NCBI GenBank assembly: GCA_963765205.1
Contig: CAVXVB010000005.1
Coordinates: 32,001 to 96,000 of the forward strand
Direction: 5' to 3'
DNA length: 64,000 nt
Origin: an uncultured Verrucomicrobiae bacterium
GTDB taxonomy: Bacteria > Verrucomicrobiota > Verrucomicrobiia > Opitutales > JABDGR01
The position numbers and the translations under genes were made by a program. The notes beneath the pieces were generated by a model. The model worked only from the letters and a program-made list of their open reading frames with translations. It did no database searches and was not told the origin of the DNA. How positions within the stretch are numbered: position 1 is the first letter of the stretch; the number at the start of each line of letters is the position of its first letter. This document shows, in pieces, positions 38,825 through 48,768 of the stretch.

Positions 38825-39603
38825 AAACTTACCTCTTACTTCTTTTTCTCGTGCCGGTAACGGCTTTCGGTCAATACCCGGTTTTCGACGGTGCCAATCT
38901 GGCTAACAATCAGTCGGCGCACGCCGAGGATATTGCCAAGTGGGTGCAAAGCATCGCGCAGTTGAAAACGCAAATAGACCAGTTGAACCAGCAAATCAGC
39001 ATCCAAAGCGATATTCGCCAGTGGCAGGGCGATCCGGTGGAAGCGGGCGCAAAGGTGGTGCTGGTGGGCCTCGGGCAGCAGGATTTGGCCCAGCAATACG
39101 GCCAGATAAAGACGGTTCTACTTAGTCTCGTAAACAGCGTGGCGTCGTTGACGAACACCGGCCAGGGCACTTACCGGCCAATCAACGATGTCGATTTAAG
39201 CGGCAACGCGTTCCAGCCGGACCCGTTGACGCATCGCCGCTATTCGGTATTGGACGCCGCGCAAGCGAACTCTGACCAAGTTACGGATGAAACGAAGGCT
39301 CGGGAAGATATTTTACAGGCCGATATTGCCGCCACACTCGCCCAATTGGCGACGGCCTCGACGGATGCCGAGGCGCAAAAACTGACCGCAAAGCTGATTG
39401 TGTTGAATGGGCAGCTTGCCCAGGTGGAGGCAACGCAAAAGCGGGAAGCGGATGCCGTCACATTGCAAAAGGTCGCGAACGATTCGCGCAAGGATGAGGA
39501 AATTCAGGCGGCGGCAGAACTTGAGATGCAGGACGATTATTTAGCGAACCAACGGGTCACGGCCTACATGCACACTATCAAACTGAGGACAACCACGCCA
39601 TGA
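38821..39603 (+). CDS. VirB5/TrbJ-like exported protein
   Basis: Signal peptide, YPVFDGAN, Gln-rich coiled coil. Confidence 0.65.
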   Translation: MKTYLLLLFLVPVTAFGQYPVFDGANLANNQSAHAEDIAKWVQSIAQLKTQIDQLNQQISIQSDIRQWQGDPVEAGAKVVLVGLGQQDLAQQYGQIKTVLLSLVNSVASLTNTGQGTYRPINDVDLSGNAFQPDPLTHRRYSVLDAAQANSDQVTDETKAREDILQADIAATLAQLATASTDAEAQKLTAKLIVLNGQLAQVEATQKREADAVTLQKVANDSRKDEEIQAAAELEMQDDYLANQRVTAYMHTIKLRTTTP

Positions 39604-39860
39604 ACATAAAACGTCATATCACCGTTGTACTGCTGCTCGCCTTTGTGCTCGGCGGTGCCGCCTGCTCGAAAAAAGACGATACGAACGAGAAGCAGCGCCT
39701 TGCACAGGAACAGCAAGATGAGCGGGACGCTGCGATAGCGAACAAGGCGATTTCGGACAACAATAGGAACGCCCTTGGGCGCAAGCCGCCAAATTTTGAT
39801 TTGGGCTTACCGCCCGTGATGGACAACGGGACGGCGCAAACTCAAACGCAACAACCTTAA
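39600..39860 (+). CDS. Small lipoprotein (possible entry exclusion)
   Basis: GAAC lipobox; lies between virB5-like and virB6-like genes. Confidence 0.55.
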   Translation: MNIKRHITVVLLLAFVLGGAACSKKDDTNEKQRLAQEQQDERDAAIANKAISDNNRNALGRKPPNFDLGLPPVMDNGTAQTQTQQP

Positions 39861-39866
39861 ATTATC

Positions 39867-40817
39867 ATGGAAATCTTTCTTCCAACGCTGGAAAGCAAAA
39901 TGACGGCCATCGTGGTCGCCTTTCGTTTTGTCGTTTTTGCGATAATGGTGGCGGGATTGATTGGGTATGCCTCCACTGGTCGTGCGCAAGGGGCCGGACT
40001 ATTCGGGCCATTGTTCCGCGCCCTCATAATCGTTACGGCCATCGCATTTCAGGATACATGGTTTCCGCAAGTGGAAAATACCTTCCTCTCGGTCTCCGAG
40101 TATATTGACCCCGGCTATAACGCCAATCCAACTTCCTCGGCGGATGCCATACGCGAATCCACCACGACGAATCCGCAAGGCCAGTCGTGGTCATGGCGGC
40201 GGCTCAACCAATCCATCTACCAGGCGGTCACAAACGCGCTCGCGAATGTTTTCATTTACATCGGCACGCTGATTACGGTCCCGATGCTGATTCTCCAATA
40301 CGTCCTGCGTTGGCTGCTGTATATGCTGACGCCGTTTGCGTTGGCTATGTTTATGGTGCCGGGGTTTAGCGGGATAGCCATACGGTTCTTTCAACAATTA
40401 TTGGCGATTTTAGCGTGGCCGGTCGGATTCGCCATAACGAACCTCGTTGCTCTGGCCGTTTGGCAAGATTTTCGCAACGCGGTGGGAGCCAATCCACAAA
40501 CCGTCAGTGATGCCCTCTATTCGCCTCTTTTGACCTTCATGGGGGGAATCCTGGCTACGATTATGATTATCGTGGGGATGGTCTCGACGCCCATTGTCAT
40601 GCAGATGCTCTTTGCGCAAGGCCATGCCTTTACCGGGTCGTCGGGCAATCCCATTTCCATTATCCGCGGCAGTGCCAGTGTCCTTTACGGCGTCGGCGAC
40701 CGCCTGGTAGGTCGTCGCGGTCGTGGCGCCCTCCTCGCGCCGCAGCAGGGGGCTGCGCAACCGTCAACCCCGCCTAACCCGCCGCCGATGGGGGCTGATC
40801 CCCGGCCCGGAATATGA
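39867..40817 (+). CDS. VirB6/TrbL-like membrane protein
   Basis: Polytopic hydrophobic protein, ILAWPVG; position in operon. Confidence 0.7.
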   Translation: MEIFLPTLESKMTAIVVAFRFVVFAIMVAGLIGYASTGRAQGAGLFGPLFRALIIVTAIAFQDTWFPQVENTFLSVSEYIDPGYNANPTSSADAIRESTTTNPQGQSWSWRRLNQSIYQAVTNALANVFIYIGTLITVPMLILQYVLRWLLYMLTPFALAMFMVPGFSGIAIRFFQQLLAILAWPVGFAITNLVALAVWQDFRNAVGANPQTVSDALYSPLLTFMGGILATIMIIVGMVSTPIVMQMLFAQGHAFTGSSGNPISIIRGSASVLYGVGDRLVGRRGRGALLAPQQGAAQPSTPPNPPPMGADPRPGI

Positions 40818-40830
40818 AGAAAGCTTTGCC

Positions 40831-41505
40831 ATGGATGCTGAAACCACCGCAACCGGCCTGCACGAAAGCCCCGTGGATCAAACCCGCCAGCTTCCGGCGG
40901 CCAAGCGTGCGCGTTTTTCGCCAGTGCGTCTCTTTGCGGACAATGCGTTTGCGGCACGCCTGTGGTTTCTTGTGGCCTGCGGCGCATTGGCGTTCTGTGT
41001 AATCCAACCCTACCTTATTATCTCGGCCTATCGGACAAGGGAGCGGGTCGTCGTGTTGGACGGCGCGGGAACCTTTTCAGTTTCGCCGTTGCTGGGCTTT
41101 GAGGAGGCCAAGGATTTGCATGAGGCCATCGCCCTGTGGGCCACGCTGGCGCTTTTTGAGCGCAATCCCAAAGACTTTGATTACCCGGAAATGCTGCAAC
41201 GCCTGTATCTCGCGGATGCCTTTCAAAAGGCGGAGGCTGACCGTGACAAGTCGCGGGACGAATTTGCCGTAAAGTCCATTCACCAAAAGCCGGAAGTCTT
41301 CAAGATAGACATTCTGCAAACCCGCGACAACCAGGTGCTCGTCAAGGTGGAAGGCCAATTGATTCGCACAGGCATTTTTGAAGGCCAGTCATTCGCGGAA
41401 TCTCCAAAATTTACGCTCACCCTTACTCTGGTGCGAAACCCGGACATGTTCGCCAATAAACGCTATCCCCTCGGTGTATGGAAATTCGACTACACTTTAA
41501 ATTAG
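40831..41505 (+). CDS. VirB8-like protein
   Basis: Single TM, periplasmic domain ending RNP...YPLGV. Confidence 0.6.
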   Translation: MDAETTATGLHESPVDQTRQLPAAKRARFSPVRLFADNAFAARLWFLVACGALAFCVIQPYLIISAYRTRERVVVLDGAGTFSVSPLLGFEEAKDLHEAIALWATLALFERNPKDFDYPEMLQRLYLADAFQKAEADRDKSRDEFAVKSIHQKPEVFKIDILQTRDNQVLVKVEGQLIRTGIFEGQSFAESPKFTLTLTLVRNPDMFANKRYPLGVWKFDYTLN

Positions 41506-42353
41506 CGGCGCTGCTAATCCCGCTGCTTGCAACCGTTGCGCTGGCCGATCCGCCCGCGCCGCATCCAAGCGTCGTCAAGCAGTTCCCCTTGGATGAGCGC
41601 ACGGTTTACGAAATTCCCATCGGGCGTGACGTGCCTACCACGCTCATGTTCCCTTCGGCGATTTCCGCCATTGATAGCGCAAACGTGTCGGGCAATCCTG
41701 ATACCCCTGCGCCTGTGATGCTGGCCTATACGCCGGGACAGTATTTTTTCAGCGTGCGGGCAATGACGCCGGGGGCCAAGGGCGCGGTGAACGTGGTGTG
41801 GCACAATCGCACGTTTGTCATTCGGTTCGCGGAAGGCGCGGAGCCGTATGGCTCGGTGACGTTCTACGACGATGATTTCGCGGGCCGTGACCATGCGGTG
41901 CAAAAACGGGTCACGCCGGAAACCCTGTTGGGCCTGCTCGACCGCGCCAAGAGTTACCAATTGATCGAAATGCAATATCCCGAGGCTGTGCAGCAAATTG
42001 AGCACGCGGAGCCGGGCAGCATCAGTTATTACAAGGATTTTCAAGTGACGGTGGAAGAGGTCTTTCGCTTCGACCCCGAGGATACGCTGGTTTTCAAACT
42101 GAAATTGGAAAACATGGGCGATGTGGAAATCCATTACCAGCCGCAACGGCTGGCCGTCCGGGTTGGGCAAAACGTCTATTATGCCTCCATCGTGGATGCC
42201 TCCGGCATCATTCCGCCCAAAGCAGTAACGACAGCCTACTTTGCGGTTACCGGCAGCCCCACCGGGGGGCGAGCCAACCTGAGCATTAAGAATACTTTCA
42301 ACATCATCGTCACGCGCATTGAGCGTGACGTGAAACTTATCGTTCCCCAATAG
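41478..42353 (+). CDS. VirB9/TraK-like exported protein
   Basis: Signal peptide, PTTLMFPSAI; precedes VirB10. Confidence 0.55.
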   Translation: MEIRLHFKLAALLIPLLATVALADPPAPHPSVVKQFPLDERTVYEIPIGRDVPTTLMFPSAISAIDSANVSGNPDTPAPVMLAYTPGQYFFSVRAMTPGAKGAVNVVWHNRTFVIRFAEGAEPYGSVTFYDDDFAGRDHAVQKRVTPETLLGLLDRAKSYQLIEMQYPEAVQQIEHAEPGSISYYKDFQVTVEEVFRFDPEDTLVFKLKLENMGDVEIHYQPQRLAVRVGQNVYYASIVDASGIIPPKAVTTAYFAVTGSPTGGRANLSIKNTFNIIVTRIERDVKLIVPQ

Positions 42354-42355
42354 CC

Positions 42356-43369
42356 ATGCGCGTCATCGCTTTTTTGAAGTCTCCAATGGGCAACCTGGCC
42401 CTCTTCTTCGGTTTCATCGCCGCGGGTGGTTTGTTGCTTTATCAAAGCAACGCGCGGGCGCGGGCACAATCGGCTCAAATGACGAAAATCGAGGGGGCTG
42501 GCCCTGCGATGTCGGCGGCGTCAATTTTCCGCACTTCAGTGCCGTTCAAGCCACCCGCAGCGGCGGCTGATGGCGACGCGGAGCCAGCCTCGGCAGCGGT
42601 GAAAGCAAAGGCCCCAAGTGGGCCAAAGCCGCTGCCCATTTCCCTTTTCATCGCGGGCAAAACGGCGCAAGACGCCCAGGAATTGTCGAAAAACTACGCG
42701 CCTTTTGGTCGCCTGATTCCCTGTGAGACAGTTATCACTTTGGAGTCTTCTAAACTTGATACGCCGGTTATCGGCCTCGTTACTGAAGATGTCTGGAACA
42801 ATGGACGGCTTATCATCCCGGCGGGTGCCGAGGTGCATGGTCGTGCGTCGCTAGACCACTCGCGCGATAGGATAGCGGCTTCCGGGAAGTGGGTCATTGT
42901 CTGGCGGGACGCCAGCAATTTGAACGGCACGGAATTGGTAGTCTCTGGCATCGCGCTCGACCGCGAAAAAGATGACACCACCGGCCAATTCGGCTTGCTG
43001 GATGGTTCGGCGGGCCTCACCGGGGCCATTATCAAGACCGACGATATGGAGGAAATAAAACTTTTCGCCGCGACATTTTTAGCCGGAATGGCGAGCGGGT
43101 TTCAACAACTGCAAACGCAAGTCACGCCGCTGGGCATCGCGCAGATTTCCACCGGCTCGGCCCGTAACGCGGCCCTGCAAGGAACTGCCAGCGTGCTTAA
43201 CCTGTATGCGCAACAAATCCAGGCGGCGATTGAGCAAGACGGGGTCTATGTGCGGGTGCCGACTGGCAAACAGTTTTATCTCTACGTCACCCAAACCGTA
43301 GATCAGGCGCAAGGGACGCGAGACAATCTGAGCAACCAAGAACTCTGGAGGAAAGACAATGCAAAATAG
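42356..43369 (+). CDS. virB10: VirB10/TrbI-like protein
   Basis: G.LIPC, PVIGLVTEDV, IPAGAEVHG, DGSAGL.G, VPTG..F. Confidence 0.8.
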   Translation: MRVIAFLKSPMGNLALFFGFIAAGGLLLYQSNARARAQSAQMTKIEGAGPAMSAASIFRTSVPFKPPAAAADGDAEPASAAVKAKAPSGPKPLPISLFIAGKTAQDAQELSKNYAPFGRLIPCETVITLESSKLDTPVIGLVTEDVWNNGRLIIPAGAEVHGRASLDHSRDRIAASGKWVIVWRDASNLNGTELVVSGIALDREKDDTTGQFGLLDGSAGLTGAIIKTDDMEEIKLFAATFLAGMASGFQQLQTQVTPLGIAQISTGSARNAALQGTASVLNLYAQQIQAAIEQDGVYVRVPTGKQFYLYVTQTVDQAQGTRDNLSNQELWRKDNAK

Positions 43370-43859
43370 AATCATCATCTTGCTTTCGATTTTCATTTTG
43401 GCGGGTTGCCAGACAGTGAAAAAGGCTCCCGCGCCGCCTCCGCTGGAGGTGCCACCGCCTGTTGCGGGCACGGAATTAGACCAAAACAACATGGAAAATG
43501 TACGGGTCAGTGAATCACTCAAAGCCTACCCGGTGGGGCGCTTTGTTGACCCCAATAATCCGAATGTCATGGACGAGGCGCATACGGTTTATCGCCGCGA
43601 AGCCGGGGCGGAGTGGAATTTGAATCCCAATGCTCCTACGGTGGTGCCGCTTGGCCCGGTGCTTGCGGTAGCGGACCCGGCCAAGGTGCCTAACCCGCTG
43701 CCGGCGGAATTGGAGCAGAAAATTGCGGAGCAGAATCAACTCATGGCTTCGCTGATTGAGCAAAATGAGGCTCTGGCAGCTCAACTGGCAAAACTAAACA
43801 AAGACATCGCAGACATGCGCGCGAGGCAATCCGTGCCGGGCGGGGAAGGCGGCAAATGA
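43359..43859 (+). CDS. Lipoprotein with C-terminal coiled coil
   Basis: LAGC lipobox, YPVGRFVDP. Confidence 0.7.
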   Translation: MQNRIIILLSIFILAGCQTVKKAPAPPPLEVPPPVAGTELDQNNMENVRVSESLKAYPVGRFVDPNNPNVMDEAHTVYRREAGAEWNLNPNAPTVVPLGPVLAVADPAKVPNPLPAELEQKIAEQNQLMASLIEQNEALAAQLAKLNKDIADMRARQSVPGGEGGK

Positions 43860-44122
43860 ATCTGGAACTAAAATCACCCCCTGAAGTGGAGGGTTTGACC
43901 GTGATCTTGCCTCCGCATTTGGCGGAAAAATTTGAACGGGCAGACCGCGAGTTGCGTGAGATATACGGCCAGAGTCCGGGTGCTGCGGTTTTGTTGCGGA
44001 TGTGGCTCGGGTATAGTTCAACCACACGTATTCGCCGTGAATTCGAGCACGCCGTTTTGGAAATAGAAAGTCGCAATCCCACCCCTAACGAGGAAGGGGA
44101 TTACGATGAAGACTGCCTATAA
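43856..44122 (+). CDS. Hypothetical protein
   Basis: ATGA-coupled ORF at the end of the operon. Confidence 0.5.
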   Translation: MNLELKSPPEVEGLTVILPPHLAEKFERADRELREIYGQSPGAAVLLRMWLGYSSTTRIRREFEHAVLEIESRNPTPNEEGDYDEDCL

Positions 44123-44212
44123 CTTTGGGCGATATTCGCCCAAACAAGGTCAAGTGCCAATGGCGACCAGCCGCCTTGGTTAAATAATGGCTGGGGAAAA
44201 ACAGGAGGCATT

Positions 44213-44587
44213 ATGCCAACACTAAAACAGTCAATCGCCGAGAAAAAGGCGCAGGAACCGGGGCTTCGCAGGAATCCTGAAATTGATGCCAAGCTGGATC
44301 AATTCATTCAGGAAAACTCGAAACTCCGCGAGTTCTACCAGGGCCTGAGCAAGGAGGATCTGATCCGCAAGCTCATGCTCGCGAAAATGCAACGCAGCGA
44401 ATACACCAACGGCCGCAATCAGGAGATTCGGGCGTGGGTGGAAGAGCACCCCGAGATCAAGGCAAAGATCGAGGAGCGCATCCGCAACGTCCCGGAGGCG
44501 AAACGTGAACGCGCGTTCTTGAACGCCGCGAAAACGGAAGCCATGAACCAGACGGTGCGCGCCAACGGCAACGGCGTCCGCCCGTAG
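44213..44587 (+). CDS. Hypothetical charged helical protein
   Basis: AGGAGG RBS, followed by a terminator. Confidence 0.75.
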   Translation: MPTLKQSIAEKKAQEPGLRRNPEIDAKLDQFIQENSKLREFYQGLSKEDLIRKLMLAKMQRSEYTNGRNQEIRAWVEEHPEIKAKIEERIRNVPEAKRERAFLNAAKTEAMNQTVRANGNGVRP

Positions 44588-44604
44588 CTGCGGCGGTTCC
44601 GGAG

Positions 44605-44638
44605 GGCGGTGGGCGCTTTTGCGCCCGCCGCCTTTTTT
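44605..44638 (+). terminator. Rho-independent terminator
   Basis: GGCGGTGGGCGC-TTTT-GCGCCCGCCGCC followed by T6. Confidence 0.8.
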
Positions 44639-44832
44639 GATAACGCAATGGAGGATTAACCAATTACACAAGTACGGAAGAGCTTGATGTTCAAGGGGAA
44701 ACTTTCAATATACCCACGGATAGATTTCAATAAGGGTGAAAAGAACATTTTTATGCTTGCAGATGCTTACAACAGAGTTCATCGTGAATTTCCAAATTAG
44801 GGCAACAACACTTAACTTAATTTCATCCTCCC

Positions 44833-45264
44833 ATGAGCTTTCCTTCAATCAAAGAAAAGTTAACCACCTTCGCGGCTGGGCTCGGTACCGACCAGCAGAA
44901 CCAGCTTCAACGTATTTTAGAAGCCGCTGAGGCAAGTATAAAAAATCCGGCGTTAAAATCCGGGATGGCTCCAAAGAATCCCAAAATTCGCGAAGAAAAG
45001 TCGAATTCGGATCCTTACGCAGAAGCTGGCTTATATGTAAAGCCCATGTCGGCACACGAAGTTGTCGGTCGCGAGCACAAGCCAAATCCAGACCCCTATG
45101 AGCAAGGTGGTCTTTATACGAAGCCGATGTCAGCTCACGAACTTGTAGGCCACGAAAGCAAAACGAATGCTGACCCTTATGAGCAAGGTGGCCTTTATGT
45201 AAAGCCGATGTCGGCTCATGAACTCGTTGGACGCGATGACAAAACGGGTTCGGCTCAAGAATAA
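44833..45264 (+). CDS. Candidate multicore RiPP precursor peptide
   Basis: Helical N-terminal leader then three 27-aa repeats containing DPYxxxGLYxKPMSAHExVG; upstream of tailoring enzymes. Confidence 0.7.
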   Translation: MSFPSIKEKLTTFAAGLGTDQQNQLQRILEAAEASIKNPALKSGMAPKNPKIREEKSNSDPYAEAGLYVKPMSAHEVVGREHKPNPDPYEQGGLYTKPMSAHELVGHESKTNADPYEQGGLYVKPMSAHELVGRDDKTGSAQE

Positions 45265-45463
45265 ACATTTAACAATCTGAGAACGACATGGTTAGTTGAA
45301 GCGCAGTTAATTACTCGCTGACCAGAAACAGGCCATCAAAACTAGAGATTATATGTGCTTTGCAGCACAAAATCGACCGTGCTGCAATACATTGAAGTAG
45401 TATTCTATTGGCTCGACCTAACCACTGGTCCAACGGGTAGACCAGATTGTTTGGATACCATCT

Positions 45464-46207
45464 ATGACTACGCCGATGTCAACAGATTTGAGCCGAGAAT
45501 TGAGTTTCTTCGCTAACACCTCACTCGAACCGGAGGAAAGAGAAACGGTTCGCTTGTGTCTTGGAACTGCTGTTGGTGAGTTTATCGACAAGAAAACATT
45601 AGAGCCGTTGCCCGACCGGCAAAATGCTGTGCGCGATATAAGCGGAACTCTTAATTTAATGAACCCGCTCGGGAATGTTATCCCACAGAGTGGCATATTA
45701 TTCACTGGTCGCCCAACTTTCATAACTGACGAACTTCTGCATTCACTAAAGGAAGAAGCCCGATTACAATATCGTAAGGCAATATTCAATTATTAACAGT
45801 ATTTGGGCGATGGCGGCCCAATAGCGATTAGCTTAAGTCGGTCCGCACGATTGCTCGGAATAATCTCAACGATTTCGCACTGCTCATTTATGCCAAATTC
45901 GGCGAGTTTTCTTTACTACAATTATCCTGGCTCTCGTGTTTTGCCCCATGTAGACAATAGGAGATTTTTTATCAATGTTCTTCTGATGATAGAGCATAAT
46001 GGGGTGCATGAATTAAGGCCTTCTTGCACGGTCGTTTACCCGCCGAACGGACCGCCACAATATTTCGACCTACAACCTGGAGAAATGTTAATATTTTGTG
46101 CCGCATACGTGCCCCATGCACGTAGTCCAGTAGCGGGCGACGAAACTGTCACGGTTTTGTCTCTCGGATATGAGTTGCAAACCGTTAACTTACAACCCGC
46201 AATTTAA
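45464..46207 (+). pseudogene. 2OG-Fe(II) oxygenase interrupted by an in-frame TAA (45794-45796)
   Basis: Both ORF halves are in one frame; PHVD and HAR motifs; colinear with 48769-49512. Confidence 0.75.
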
Positions 46208-46209
46208 CT

Positions 46210-48219
46210 GTGGTGTCGCGATCAGGTAACTATGTTCTTGGAATTCATTTAGGCCACGATGCGTCATGCGCAGTGGTGCGCGACGGTGTATTACTAGCCG
46301 CGGTTCAAGCAGAACGAATTACAAGAAAAAAGCATCAAATTCAGCACACCCTTTCGGACGCTCTTCCAATTAAAGCGGTCTTACGAGCTGCGGCTATTGA
46401 GTTGGCCGATGTTCGACTAATAGTTTCAAGTTTCCAAGGAATGGCTCCTGGCGGGTTTGGGTTACACACACCTCTTATAGACCCAGGTTTCAATTCTTTC
46501 GACCCTTTTGATGAAAGACATTTCTGTATTTCACATCATTTAGCTCATGCGTATTACGGGTTTGGAAGTTCGGGATTCTCAGATGCTGCGGTCCTTGTAT
46601 GTGACATGGCAGGGTCGTCGACGCACGATGGGAACGACTATTGCTTGCCTTTCCGACGCTGGCACGATGGGCTTACAAGCTTTGAAAAGGTGCCTGCCAC
46701 AAAAACAGAAACTCTCTCAATATACCATGCGACAATGAGCGGGATTGAGTTAAAGGAGCGACAGTTTTGGATAAGCCATGTTCAACCTCATTCTTATATC
46801 CAGAGCGCTACAACGTTATACGAGAATGTTTCATTTGCGGTGTTTCGTAGGCACAATTGCCATGGGCAGCTAATGGCGTTAGCCGCCTTTTCGGATGAGA
46901 AAAACGGTCTCGTCACTTGGGAATCAATTATAGACACGGATAGTGCTTGCGCCATACAATTCAAAAACAATTGGCAACATCGAATTCCGACTGAAATGAC
47001 CTTTAGCGCCTCCGCATCTTTAGCACATGCTTGCCAAATAGCATTTGAATATTGCATTTTAGCTCACGTTAGGAACGCTAAACGGTTGGTGTTGTCTGAT
47101 AATCTAGTAGGATCAGGAGGTGCGTTTTTAAATATTCCTGCGAACACAAAAGTTTACGACAGTCATGTTTTCAATCGTTACTTTGTTCCCAGCGCGCCTC
47201 ATGACGCTGGAATATCTGCGGGTTGCGCGTTCTGGGGAGACCGTTTTCTTCGACGTGAGCAATACTTTTTTGCAAATACGCCAGCGCCATGCAGAGCGAA
47301 TGATCGGCTTGGTGTTCAATATTCAAGAGTGGAGATATTAGATGCTTTACGGCGATTTGATTACTTTGTTGAATTTGAAGCCGCGTCCCCGACGGTAGTA
47401 GCTGAAAAACTCTTTGCTGGGCGTATTCTAGCCCGTTATTCAGGAAGAGCCGAATTTGGCCCAAGGGCACTTGGCGGTCGAAGTTTATTAGCATCGCCCT
47501 TGTTGGAAGCAACAAAAGTGCGAATGAATCACATAAAGGGGCGCCAACCTTGGAGGCCAGTGGCACCGGTAATACTGGAAAACCATGTCCACGAGTTCTT
47601 TGTTGGTCCAGCAAGTAGTCCCTACATGTTATTTTCATATCGGGTTAGACCCGAGGTTGTCGATCAATTACCCGCGCTGCATCACCCTGACAATTCAACG
47701 CGCCCGCAGACATTACAACGAGCAGATGATGAGGATTTGTACGACCTGATCTCTGCATTTTCCAAGCTAAGCGGCGTTCCCATTCTTGTAAATACCTCGC
47801 TCAATGGCGCTGGTGAAGCAATGATAGAAACGCCAAATGAAGCTGTGCAGTTCTTTCTCGACCATGAGGACGTAGATGATTTACTCATCGACGGCTGGAT
47901 GGTTTCGCGGCGGGGAACTTGGGACGATGAGCGCCTGAAGAATCTACGCTTGAGACTACCTAGCCATACGCGAATAGAGTTAGTTCTTGATGAAGCTGAG
48001 TGGACTGCATTCGTACATAACGGGCGTGTTTCCCAAAAGATGAGTTTGAAGCTTGCGGGTGTACTTGTGACATGCACTGGTAACGAAACAGCGGGAAGAA
48101 TTTTGCAGAAACTTGACGATGAAGCGACCCGGAATTTCTTATACAAGCTTCTCGCAATTGGTCTTGTCGAGGTGGATGGCGACCCGATGCCTATCGAAGA
48201 TAACGGAGGGACATTCTAA
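46210..48219 (+). CDS. NodU/CmcH-family carbamoyltransferase
   Basis: GHDAS, ERITR.K, HHLAHA, LMALA, GG.FLN..AN, P.DAG.S.G, EFGPRALG.RS, KGRQ.WRP.AP, NTSLN. Confidence 0.92.
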   Translation: MVSRSGNYVLGIHLGHDASCAVVRDGVLLAAVQAERITRKKHQIQHTLSDALPIKAVLRAAAIELADVRLIVSSFQGMAPGGFGLHTPLIDPGFNSFDPFDERHFCISHHLAHAYYGFGSSGFSDAAVLVCDMAGSSTHDGNDYCLPFRRWHDGLTSFEKVPATKTETLSIYHATMSGIELKERQFWISHVQPHSYIQSATTLYENVSFAVFRRHNCHGQLMALAAFSDEKNGLVTWESIIDTDSACAIQFKNNWQHRIPTEMTFSASASLAHACQIAFEYCILAHVRNAKRLVLSDNLVGSGGAFLNIPANTKVYDSHVFNRYFVPSAPHDAGISAGCAFWGDRFLRREQYFFANTPAPCRANDRLGVQYSRVEILDALRRFDYFVEFEAASPTVVAEKLFAGRILARYSGRAEFGPRALGGRSLLASPLLEATKVRMNHIKGRQPWRPVAPVILENHVHEFFVGPASSPYMLFSYRVRPEVVDQLPALHHPDNSTRPQTLQRADDEDLYDLISAFSKLSGVPILVNTSLNGAGEAMIETPNEAVQFFLDHEDVDDLLIDGWMVSRRGTWDDERLKNLRLRLPSHTRIELVLDEAEWTAFVHNGRVSQKMSLKLAGVLVTCTGNETAGRILQKLDDEATRNFLYKLLAIGLVEVDGDPMPIEDNGGTF

Positions 48220-48767
48220 TGATACACCGTACCCCAATTACTTCAGAAACTCTAGTTACGCGCCGGTTACACCTGGAGTTTTTTAAGAAAGATCATGCCA
48301 TGTGTTTATTCAAGGGGTTACAGGACCCTCGAATTTATCTATTTATTCCTGATGATCCTCCGGCTGATTTAAGCGTGCTTCAAAAGAGGTATGAAATATT
48401 AGAAAAGGGGGTATCGCCTAACGGAGAGGAATTATGGCTTAATTGGGCAATCCAGTTGCAAAATGGAACTTATATCGGTTACGTTCAAGCGACTGTGTTT
48501 CAAGACGACACCGCATCGTTAGCCTATGTAGTCTTTCCTCAATTTTGGCGTAAAGGTTATGCGAAAGAAGCATGTCAACGAGTAGTAAACTTTCTATTCG
48601 AAGGCAAGCATGCCGCATTGATTACTGCGAACACGAATACGAAAAACGAAGCATCTATAGCGCTTCTGCATTCGCTTGGCTTTTATCATGTGCGGTCAAT
48701 ATCCAATGCTGAAACAATAAGGGGGGTTCCAAGCGATGAACATGTATTCCATCTCTCGAAAAGCTGA
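48219..48767 (+). CDS. GNAT (RimJ/RimL-like) N-acetyltransferase
   Basis: T.RL.L, FWRKGYAKEA, N.ASI.LL..LGF. Confidence 0.88.
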   Translation: MIHRTPITSETLVTRRLHLEFFKKDHAMCLFKGLQDPRIYLFIPDDPPADLSVLQKRYEILEKGVSPNGEELWLNWAIQLQNGTYIGYVQATVFQDDTASLAYVVFPQFWRKGYAKEACQRVVNFLFEGKHAALITANTNTKNEASIALLHSLGFYHVRSISNAETIRGVPSDEHVFHLSKS

Positions 48768-48768
48768 T

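Noticed and set aside
45010..45240. 81-bp repeats as a non-coding array
   Set aside because: In frame, with differences concentrated at synonymous positions, so they are coding repeats
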